Below, piece by piece: positions 32,699-39,870 of a stretch of DNA of 39,870 nt. The translations under genes were made by a program, and so were the position numbers. The first letter of the stretch is position 1. Every line of letters starts with the position of its first letter. Source of the stretch: an uncultured bacterium (GTDB taxonomy: Bacteria; Auribacterota; CAZIXI01); assembly GCA_964543115.1 (NCBI GenBank), contig CAZIXI010000002.1, positions 1 to 39,870 of the forward strand, written 5' to 3'. The notes under the pieces were generated by a model. It made no database searches. It was not told the origin of the DNA and was given only the letters and a program-made list of their open reading frames with translations.

Positions 32699-33837
32699 GA
32701 ATGAGCAACCTCATGGTAAATATTCAATGTTTCTTCCGCGGCCCTTTCCCAGGAAAATTTCTTAACCTGGGCCGGGCCCTTACGGATTAGTGTTTCTCTT
32801 ACCTCTTTTTCAGTTAATAACATACTGATAGCCGAAGATATATCTTCAGCTGAACGCGGATCAATAAAAACCGCCGCCTCACCGGCTACTTCCGGCAGGG
32901 AAGAGGTATTAGCGGTAATTACCGGGACGCCGCAGGCCAGGGCCTCCAAAACAGGAAATCCAAATCCTTCGTAAATTGAGGGATAAACAAACAGACTGGC
33001 CTGATTATACAACTGGCGGAGCTCTTCCCGCGGAAGGTAGCCGGTAAAGATAATTCTGCTGGCCGAGGACAGTTTGTTTATTTCTCTGAATATATCTTTA
33101 TATTTCCAGCCCCGGCCACCGGCAATAACCAGTTGATAAGTGTTTTTTAGATTTTCAGGCAGCTTTCCGTAGGCTTTTATTAAACCAATGATATTTTTTC
33201 TGGGCTCCAAAGTGCCGACAGTTAAGATGAAGTTAGCAGTAATATTGTGTTTTTTCAGTAAAGTATGGTCTATTTCCTGGGGACTGAGTTTTCGATAAAA
33301 TGGCTCATGGCCATTATAAATTAAACTAATCTTATGGGCGGGTGTGGCCAGGGAGCTTATGAGATCCTGTTTGGTGTTATTGGAGACGGCAATCATCTTA
33401 TCCGCCCGGGCAATCGCCCTGGGGAAAACCGCCGCCGTGTAACAACGCCGCCAGGGGCCAAATGTCTCCGGAAAAAGCTTCCAGGCCAGATCATGCACCG
33501 TTATAATATATTTAGTGCCCAAAGGCAGTTTTTTATACACGGGAAGAGAAAACGAGGGGGAATGAAATACGGTCAGGCCATATTTTTCAATTAGTCCAGG
33601 CAGAATGGCCTGTTCCCAGAAGATCCTGTTCCAGGTGTTATTCGTATAGTCAGGCAGTTTATGGACAATAACATTGTCTCTTTCTTTAATTTCCTGGTCG
33701 CTAAATCTGCCAGGTAAGAATAATGTGTATTTATTCTTCTGGTCCAGCCGGAGCAGGCTCTGCAATAAATAATAACTGTACCAGCCGGTGCCCGCGCGTT
33801 TAGGGGTCAATAATAATCCATTTATTCCGATTCGCAT
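32695..33837 (-). CDS. GT4-family glycosyltransferase (paralogue of the next gene)
   Basis: 380-aa ORF with YEGFGFPVLEALACGVPVITANTSSLPEVAGEAAVFIDP. It has an ATGA overlap with the downstream GT. Confidence 0.85.
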   Translation of the reverse strand: MRIGINGLLLTPKRAGTGWYSYYLLQSLLRLDQKNKYTLFLPGRFSDQEIKERDNVIVHKLPDYTNNTWNRIFWEQAILPGLIEKYGLTVFHSPSFSLPVYKKLPLGTKYIITVHDLAWKLFPETFGPWRRCYTAAVFPRAIARADKMIAVSNNTKQDLISSLATPAHKISLIYNGHEPFYRKLSPQEIDHTLLKKHNITANFILTVGTLEPRKNIIGLIKAYGKLPENLKNTYQLVIAGGRGWKYKDIFREINKLSSASRIIFTGYLPREELRQLYNQASLFVYPSIYEGFGFPVLEALACGVPVITANTSSLPEVAGEAAVFIDPRSAEDISSAISMLLTEKEVRETLIRKGPAQVKKFSWERAAEETLNIYHEVAHS

Positions 33838-33839
33838 TT

Positions 33840-34994
33840 TTAATCTTTCTCCTGCTTGCCGGCAGCTACTTCTTTATACAGCCGGACAGTGGCTTTTGTC
33901 GTTTCTTCCCAGGAAAAGAGCTTAGTTCGCGCGAGTCCCTTATTCCTCATTTCTTGGCGCAACGATTCATTGCCCAGGACCTTATCGATAGCGTCTGCTA
34001 ACGCGCCGACATCAGTTGGGTTTATCATAATAGCCGCCTCACCAACAATTTCAGGAAGAGAGGATGTGTTAGAAGTTATTACCGGAGTGCCGCAGGCCAT
34101 GGCTTCCAGGACCGGGAGGCCAAATCCCTCGTAGAGGGAAGGGAAGGTGAATAGGTCGGCCGCGTTGTAGAATAAGGGCAGATCGTTCTCGGGAACATAG
34201 CCGGTAAAAATAATCTCTTTTTTTAGCTTCAGTCTTTCTGCTGTCTCAAATATATCTCTGGCCGACCAACCCTTCATGCCGCAAATCACTAATTTGTGCC
34301 TGCAGTCCTTGCGCCTGTTTCTGAACAAACTGTATGCCTGGATCAGATTCGTTAAATTCTTTCGCGGCTCGAGCGTGCCGACAAAGAGGATGAATCGATG
34401 TTCCAGTTTGTATTTGTGCTTTATTTCTTTTAGGGCGAGCTCCTTGTTCAGCGGGCGATAACCGCTCTCCGCTCCTTCATAGATTACCGCTATCTTGCCG
34501 GGGGCGATGCCGAGCAGTCTTTGCACATCTCTCTTGGTACTTTCCGAAACTACAATAATCTTATTGGCCCTAAGAGCGTATTTTTTGATCTGATCCTTGA
34601 AGAGCTTAACGCTCGCCTTTGACGCGTATTCCGGCGCGATGAGAAAGAAGAGATCGTGAATGGTTATGATCGATTTACCAAATCGTTGGGGGGGCAGTAT
34701 ATAGTTGGTAGAGTGGAAAAGGTCCACCTTGCCGATGAAAAGCTCTATTGGCGGCCAGCAAAATTTATTCCATATCGGCGCTAAGATTCTCCAGGGGATG
34801 CGAAAGCTCTTTTGCTTAAAATTATTGTTATTCAATATAAGATCAATAGAGATATGCCTGCGAAATAAGTTGCGAAATAATATGTATTCGTTCTGTTTGT
34901 CGATTCTGGCCAGGCAGTTAATTAAATTAGAGGTATAATAGCCAACGCCAGTTCTCCTCCTTAATATTGAGCTTATATCAATTCCGATGCGCAT
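33840..34994 (-). CDS. GT4-family glycosyltransferase
   Basis: 384-aa ORF with YEGFGLPVLEAMACGTPVITSNTSSLPEIVGEAAIMINP. It is collinear in similarity with 32695-33837. Confidence 0.85.
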   Translation of the reverse strand: MRIGIDISSILRRRTGVGYYTSNLINCLARIDKQNEYILFRNLFRRHISIDLILNNNNFKQKSFRIPWRILAPIWNKFCWPPIELFIGKVDLFHSTNYILPPQRFGKSIITIHDLFFLIAPEYASKASVKLFKDQIKKYALRANKIIVVSESTKRDVQRLLGIAPGKIAVIYEGAESGYRPLNKELALKEIKHKYKLEHRFILFVGTLEPRKNLTNLIQAYSLFRNRRKDCRHKLVICGMKGWSARDIFETAERLKLKKEIIFTGYVPENDLPLFYNAADLFTFPSLYEGFGLPVLEAMACGTPVITSNTSSLPEIVGEAAIMINPTDVGALADAIDKVLGNESLRQEMRNKGLARTKLFSWEETTKATVRLYKEVAAGKQEKD

Positions 34995-35052
34995 GGGAGT
35001 TTTATCCGTTTGGAGATATGTTCCCCCGGACCCTTCTTTTTTAAATTAAATA

Positions 35053-35787
35053 TCACTCGAGGAATATTTCCGCCTTCGTTGTATCCTCTGGATAGGTTAT
35101 ATTTATGTATTCTCCGTGGAAGGAAACCGGCGCTATCTCTTCTCCGCCTTCTATCATTTCCTGGATGACATTGGTTATTTCCACTTCGTTTCGTAATTTT
35201 GACGGTTTGCTTCGTTTGATGTATTCAAATACCGTTTTCCGGAAGAAGTAAAATCCCATTCCGCAGGAATCGTTAAAAAGCTCTGTTGGTTTCTCCACTA
35301 CCTGGCAGACCAAGTTATTCTCCTGCGTTACCGAATAGCTCTTCTTGATTTCCTCTTCATTGCTGGTTGGCCACACACCTATTCCTTGTTCCATGCCTGG
35401 CGGGAAGGAAAACTCTCCCCGGCAAATACAATCACCAAGAATCACTATAAATCGATCTCCAACCAGCGCTTGGGAATAAAAAATGGCGTCTCCGATGCCT
35501 TTCAGTTCTTTTTGCTCAACGAACTGTGCATTTATCGGCAGATCCCGCACGAATTTGATTACTTGCTCTTTTTGATAGCCCACGATGAAAACAAAATCGC
35601 TGCTAAACCTTTTCCAGTAATCAATGATGTAACTTAATATTGGCCTGTCCTTAATTTTCATTAAGACTTTAGGTTTCTCTCTGGTTTCCGGCCGGGCCCT
35701 CAGCCCCTGGCCGGCACAGAGCACAACACATTTTAACCCTTGGCAGTCAAACCATTTCTTTTCCGGCTCATTTTTATTATTATTCAT
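35053..35787 (-). CDS. Sugar-phosphate nucleotidyltransferase (NTP_transferase fold)
   Basis: 244-aa ORF with VVLCAGQGLRARP....KPKVLM.I.DRPIL (G-x-G-x-R signature) and GIGDAI. Confidence 0.7.
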   Translation of the reverse strand: MNNNKNEPEKKWFDCQGLKCVVLCAGQGLRARPETREKPKVLMKIKDRPILSYIIDYWKRFSSDFVFIVGYQKEQVIKFVRDLPINAQFVEQKELKGIGDAIFYSQALVGDRFIVILGDCICRGEFSFPPGMEQGIGVWPTSNEEEIKKSYSVTQENNLVCQVVEKPTELFNDSCGMGFYFFRKTVFEYIKRSKPSKLRNEVEITNVIQEMIEGGEEIAPVSFHGEYINITYPEDTTKAEIFLE

Positions 35788-35792
35788 TTTGG

Positions 35793-37049
35793 CTAAAAAG
35801 AATTATACAAGTCTAAGAGCTTCTTCAGGCTCTGTTTCTGGTCGCAAAGTTTAATTATATCTTTACTGGCCGTTTCGCCGATTTTAGCGGCATAGGCCCC
35901 GTTTTTGAGCAGCAGCACAACCTTCTTCGTGAAATCGGAGAGGTTATGGGGCTCAACTAGCAATCCATTCCGATTATCGTCTATGAATTCAGGGATGCCG
36001 CCGATTCTGCTGGCTACCACAGGTTTGGCAAAGGCCATTGCCTCAACTAGGATAACCGGTGACATATTCTCCCATTGTTCGGGAATAACTACAACCTGAG
36101 ATTTTCTTAGAAACTCTTTGACTTCCTCATAGGGTTTCTTTCCGAGAAACAAAACACGATTCTCTAAGCCCTCTCTCTTGATTAAATGCTCTAACTCATT
36201 GAGGTATTGCTTGTCTTCCTCAGTAACTTCTCCAATTATATACAATTTTGCTTCAGGAACACTGCGTAGGATTTTGGGCATTGCTTTTATTATTACATGC
36301 AAGCCTTTCCTGTGTTGCAGCCAGCCAACGTATAAAATTGAACCTTGCTCTATTGTTTCCTTTTTTCGCAATTCCTCTTCCTTGGGTAGAGAGGTCTGTC
36401 GAATCACATGGATCTTTGTTTTCTCGCTGCCGTAGTGTTGGAGAATATTAGCAGAAGATTCTGAAAGTACAACCAAAGCGTTAACCTGCTTTAGAAACCG
36501 GCTGAAAAACCTGTTCCGCAAGGGGAAGTAACGCCTGCGTAACCACTTAAATAGCCTACAGTTAGAGCAGTCGATACATTGAGGACCCTGGATTTTTCTG
36601 CAGACATCATTCTTTTTATCGATTAACGTTTCCTTGGGACATAGGCACCAGTAATCATATATTGTTACTATGACGGGAATTCCCAATATCCTGGCACTTT
36701 GGGCCAGGGCAAAGCTGAGGTCCTTGGATTTGTGGAGGTGCAAGATATCTGGTTTTATTTTTTTTAGCAGCCTGTAAGAATGAAGGAAAGATATTGGATC
36801 GAAAGGGATACAGAGCATTATTGCTATTTTAAGAAAATTGGTGATTTTGCTGTTAAGGTAATCGCTTATGGTGCGAACAGAAAAGAACTCTAAGTCTTCT
36901 GCCGGTTGGTTGACTGGCTGAGTAGCCAGCACACTAACCTGGTGACCCTGTTCCTTTAACCCTCTTAATAGCCGATAACAGGCCTGTTCCGCGCCGCCCC
37001 ATTTACTATGGTAACCGGGCAAAAAGTCAGTAACATGGCATATTTTCAC
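35793..37049 (-). CDS. GT4-family glycosyltransferase
   Basis: 418-aa ORF. The N-terminus reads KICHVTDF.PG..S.WGGAE, and the C-terminal E-x7-E-like region reads WENMSPVILVEAMAFAKPVVASRIGGIPEFI. Confidence 0.8.
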   Translation of the reverse strand: MKICHVTDFLPGYHSKWGGAEQACYRLLRGLKEQGHQVSVLATQPVNQPAEDLEFFSVRTISDYLNSKITNFLKIAIMLCIPFDPISFLHSYRLLKKIKPDILHLHKSKDLSFALAQSARILGIPVIVTIYDYWCLCPKETLIDKKNDVCRKIQGPQCIDCSNCRLFKWLRRRYFPLRNRFFSRFLKQVNALVVLSESSANILQHYGSEKTKIHVIRQTSLPKEEELRKKETIEQGSILYVGWLQHRKGLHVIIKAMPKILRSVPEAKLYIIGEVTEEDKQYLNELEHLIKREGLENRVLFLGKKPYEEVKEFLRKSQVVVIPEQWENMSPVILVEAMAFAKPVVASRIGGIPEFIDDNRNGLLVEPHNLSDFTKKVVLLLKNGAYAAKIGETASKDIIKLCDQKQSLKKLLDLYNSF

Positions 37050-37067
37050 GGTGTCACCTCTATTTTT

Positions 37068-38144
37068 TTATCTTTGTCGCCTCATTGCTCTGGTCATTCG
37101 GTAAATCTTAGCCTGCTCATCTTTTGGATACACATTGGATACCGGCTTAGCATCCTGGCCGTAGAAGAGCAGATCCTGGGCATTTCCCTCAGTAAGGGGG
37201 ACGTAGAAACTGAAGTGGGCGTTTATTCCCATTTCTTCGGCCCAGTTTAAACTGTAGAGATCCTTATCGTAGCTTGAACCGGGAAGGCCAATAATGAAAA
37301 ATCCATTAACGCCGCTGAAATACTTTTTGGTTATCTCCACGGCCCGAGCAATTTGTTCTATGGTCTCCCCCTTGTTGATGGCTTTGAGCACTTCCGGCAC
37401 CGCCGATTCGATGCCAAAGCTGATGTGGCGGCAGCCTGAGGCGGCCAGGGCCTTGGCCGTTTCCTCATCAAATCTGTCGGCCCTAAGGCCGTTAGTGCAA
37501 AACCAATTTAGGTGCAAAGGCTTAACCAATTCACAGAACTTTAATACTCTTTCTTTCTCGACGTTAAAACAATCGTCAAGAATCTCGAAGGATTTAATTT
37601 TCCATTTTTCCTTGGCTCTTTTAAGTTCCGCGAAACAGTTTTCGGCAGTTCTTGTCTTCCACTTAGTTTTTCTGCTCACGCAGTAGCTGCAGGGAAACGG
37701 ACATCCCTGACTGGTCATTATGGCATAGCTCCAGGTTCCTTTTTGCCATTTACGCCTGAAGATGGAGAAAGAGTCAAAGAGTTCATAATCGGGAAAGGGA
37801 TAGGCATCTGAAAATGGCTCACGGTAGGCTATCTTGTCTTCAAATTCCAAGTAGGGATAGCAGCATTGAACATCCAGAAATCCGGATATGGATTTCACCT
37901 GAGCCCTGGGGTACCTTTCCTTGTAGACCCGCCCAATTCTGCGTGCCTCGTTCCAGCAACGAGACTGCACGGAGATGCCCAAGACATCACTCTCTACCTT
38001 TAAGAATCTTTTCCGGGGCCTGGGCCGGGTGTTCAGGTCGATTACCCGGACACGAAAGTGGGTGGCGGCATAGGCCAGTCCGATATTGGGAATATTTCTA
38101 TTCGCACCGCTTTCAGGATTCAGGAAGATCATCGAAGCATCCAT
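37068..38144 (-). CDS. Radical SAM enzyme of the B12-binding-domain (class B-like) architecture
   Basis: 358-aa ORF. The N-terminal MIFLNPE......IPNIGLAYAA...RVRVIDLN resembles the Rossmann-like B12-binding module. The CxxxCxxC cluster reads SQGCPFPCSYCVS. I could not confirm a cobalamin ligand motif. Confidence 0.65.
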   Translation of the reverse strand: MDASMIFLNPESGANRNIPNIGLAYAATHFRVRVIDLNTRPRPRKRFLKVESDVLGISVQSRCWNEARRIGRVYKERYPRAQVKSISGFLDVQCCYPYLEFEDKIAYREPFSDAYPFPDYELFDSFSIFRRKWQKGTWSYAIMTSQGCPFPCSYCVSRKTKWKTRTAENCFAELKRAKEKWKIKSFEILDDCFNVEKERVLKFCELVKPLHLNWFCTNGLRADRFDEETAKALAASGCRHISFGIESAVPEVLKAINKGETIEQIARAVEITKKYFSGVNGFFIIGLPGSSYDKDLYSLNWAEEMGINAHFSFYVPLTEGNAQDLLFYGQDAKPVSNVYPKDEQAKIYRMTRAMRRQR

Positions 38145-39327
38145 AAAGTTTTTCTCTCTGGCTTGTATTATACGCCCGGCACCCTTTACAAAGGATCGGG
38201 ACCTGTCCCTTGGGTTTCGGGATCATAGCTCTAAACTTTTTGTATTTTTCTGAATACCATATTTTTTTAAAATCTGTTTCTAATACATTGCCAAAAGCGT
38301 GTTTTCTCAAAAAATCGCGGTTATTGTTCTGCAGCACAGCACAGCAAGGCAGGACATATCCACCCATCATGATATAGGGCTCGGACCAGGCCCAACAGCA
38401 TTCTAGCGGGGGCAGTTCACTTTTGTTGCTATGGGCAAAAGTCACGGGGACATCCAATTCCTTTGATTTTTTTGTTGTTTCCTCTAAAATCTTTTCCGGG
38501 ATCCGCGGGACAGAAAGGTGCTCAATTTCCTTAAAACCTAATAGCCCGGCAAATTCCACTTTACTGCCATCCCCCAATGATTTTCTGCCGCCAAGAGAAC
38601 GGATAAGTTCAACAAATTGGGGCAGCTCCTGGATATTTAGAGTTGTAACTATATAGCGGAAACAAAGCTCAGGGAGCGGTGAGCGCATCTTCTTTTTTAG
38701 CTCAATTAATTTTTTAATATTGTTCAGGCTCTTCTGGAAACTGCATCCCGCTTTTATTCTTTCATAGGTCTCTTTTGTGGCCCCGTCCCAGGAAATCCAG
38801 ATTCCATCTACTCCTATCTTTATCAATCTTTCCGCTATCTTCTCATCGATAAGGTCAAAGCTGTCCACAAGAAATACCGGGATGTTTTTGGTTTTGAGAT
38901 ATTCAATCATTTTCAAGTAGTCTTTATTGAGAAAGGCATCACCTTCACCGGTCAGGTTGACCCATTTTAATCTGGGAAACTGATCCACAATCTTTTTAAA
39001 TTCTGCAAAGGATAAATCCCTGTCTGGCTCGTTCCAATAAGTGTGCTCGCAAATGAGGCACTTTTTATTGCATTTATTGGTTACTTCAATTTCTAGAGTA
39101 AACGGGTAGTAAAACAGCCTTTTAGTCATCTGCGGAAACAGTCTAAACAGCGGGCCGATAATTATCCTGGCTAGCCAATTCCCTGTCCCTTCACCTCCGG
39201 CCAGCACGAGGGATTTGATGTAGAGAAAGTTATAAACAGCGCGCGGTCCCTTTTTTCTAAACAGATACCATAGTGTCCTTCGATAAGCCCAGACCTTCTT
39301 GCACGCCTTTACTCCAATTAAGTCCAT
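38113..39327 (-). CDS. Radical SAM / SPASM(-twitch)-domain enzyme
   Basis: 404-aa ORF. It has TNKCNKKCLICEH (CxxxCxxC) and a C-terminal Cys-rich auxiliary-cluster region (CCWAWSEPYIMMGGYVLPCC ... CKGCRAY). It overlaps the downstream radical SAM gene by 20-32 nt. Confidence 0.8.
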   Translation of the reverse strand: MDLIGVKACKKVWAYRRTLWYLFRKKGPRAVYNFLYIKSLVLAGGEGTGNWLARIIIGPLFRLFPQMTKRLFYYPFTLEIEVTNKCNKKCLICEHTYWNEPDRDLSFAEFKKIVDQFPRLKWVNLTGEGDAFLNKDYLKMIEYLKTKNIPVFLVDSFDLIDEKIAERLIKIGVDGIWISWDGATKETYERIKAGCSFQKSLNNIKKLIELKKKMRSPLPELCFRYIVTTLNIQELPQFVELIRSLGGRKSLGDGSKVEFAGLLGFKEIEHLSVPRIPEKILEETTKKSKELDVPVTFAHSNKSELPPLECCWAWSEPYIMMGGYVLPCCAVLQNNNRDFLRKHAFGNVLETDFKKIWYSEKYKKFRAMIPKPKGQVPILCKGCRAYNTSQREKLYGCFDDLPES

Positions 39328-39396
39328 AGAATAAACTCCAAGCAGTTGTCCTGCTCTAGCTAATCAGGGTTCTGTTTTTTAAGCAATTTGGTTTTT

Positions 39397-39870
39397 CTAT
39401 TTATGGGCCACCATAACCGCATAGACCTGGTGGAATAACAGTATAGTAACAGGGATCCTGGTCAATTTACTAATCTGAGGATGTTTATGAATGAATGATC
39501 TTATTATCCTTTTCCATGTCGGCTCCCCGGATATTTGCGGACGGATATTTAGTTTAAAAGTTAGTTTTAAGCCGGCATTCCTTGCCGCGGAGTAATATTC
39601 TAGGGCGGTATACCAATGTTCATTGAGGCCCAATTTCCTTGAACGCTCGCTGCCAAAATCCTTGGGGGCAAATATCGTCCGGATGGGTTCATTAATCAAA
39701 ACTGCCTTTCCCGCAGGCTTGAGCACTCTGGCGATTTCGCGAAATGTTTTCTTTAAGCAAGGTGTGTGATGCATGCTTGTTACATTAACGACAATGTCAA
39801 AGGAGTCGTCAGTGAAAGGCAAATCACTCATATCCGCCATAATTCTCTCAAAATAAACATTGTTCTTATT
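39397..39870 (-). CDS. Class I SAM-dependent methyltransferase (Methyltransf_11-like), partial; N-terminus beyond the right edge
   Basis: The track ORF starts at an internal Met (39840), but the frame stays open to the window edge (..NKNNVYFERIMADMSDLPFTDDSFDIVVNVTSMHH...LKPAGKAVL). This is the post-motif-I part of a type-11 methyltransferase; the GxGxG motif must lie outside the window. Confidence 0.7.
   Translation of the reverse strand, partial: NKNNVYFERIMADMSDLPFTDDSFDIVVNVTSMHHTPCLKKTFREIARVLKPAGKAVLINEPIRTIFAPKDFGSERSRKLGLNEHWYTALEYYSAARNAGLKLTFKLNIRPQISGEPTWKRIIRSFIHKHPQISKLTRIPVTILLFHQVYAVMVAHK

Noticed and set aside
1-39870. Mobile elements, prophage remnants, tRNA/rRNA genes, toxin-antitoxin pairs or known defence systems
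   Set aside because: I found no transposase, integrase or recombinase motifs, no terminal inverted repeats flanking a block, no tRNA-like cloverleaf candidates in the intergenic regions, and no recognisable defence-gene signatures. The only insertion-like gene is the single orphan ORF at 7267-9735.

Overview
This is a densely coding bacterial chromosomal segment of roughly mid-40s % GC (judged by eye, not computed). I recognised no rRNA, tRNA, CRISPR array, transposase or integrase. The gene content (a TIGR04138/Minf_1886-like protein, DUF1844, a hybrid secretion/pilus cluster) hints at a PVC-group or candidate-phylum organism, but I cannot verify this.

The window falls into three blocks:
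- Block 1 (1-19.5 kb) is mostly housekeeping. It holds a partial EamA-like transporter and hflK-hflC. A tightly coupled envelope-proteostasis operon follows: a YbaK-like deacylase, a TM-anchored Hsp20, an M50/CBS site-2 protease, DUF1844 and a Minf_1886-like protein. After that come yqeY plus a SagB-type nitroreductase, an isolated AT-richer 822-aa orphan signal-peptide protein, nadK, a Ser/Thr kinase followed by an FHA-GAF-HD-GYP protein, then gltX, pgsA, der and an LhgO-like flavoprotein.
- Block 2 (19.5-31.6 kb) is a 12-gene single-strand secretion/pilus cluster that mixes two machineries. The ATPase, platform, major pseudopilin and minor pseudopilins (GspE, F, G, H/I/J-like, K) are T2SS-type. 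The assembly parts are T4P/MSHA-type: a PilM-PilN fusion, a PilO-like protein, a minimal ExeA/MshM-like AAA ATPase, a GspC/PilP/ExeB-like HR-domain protein and a secretin.
- Block 3 (31.6-39.9 kb) is a convergent minus-strand glycan-biosynthesis operon. It has four GT4 glycosyltransferases, a sugar nucleotidyltransferase, a B12-type radical SAM, a radical SAM/SPASM enzyme and a partial SAM methyltransferase.

Best candidates for something new:
- The hybrid T2SS/T4P-MSHA-like cluster, including its embedded minimal ExeA-like ATPase and partner protein.
- The orphan 822-aa exported protein, which has weak kinase-like motifs.
- A recurring family of short tandem repeats (CGCGGA- and ATCCGAA-type) and a shared ~20-nt block in the leaders of hflK, gspG, gspD and downstream of the HD-GYP gene.
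- Several candidate structured leaders or small antisense transcripts.

All family calls come from motif recognition by eye. No database search was run.
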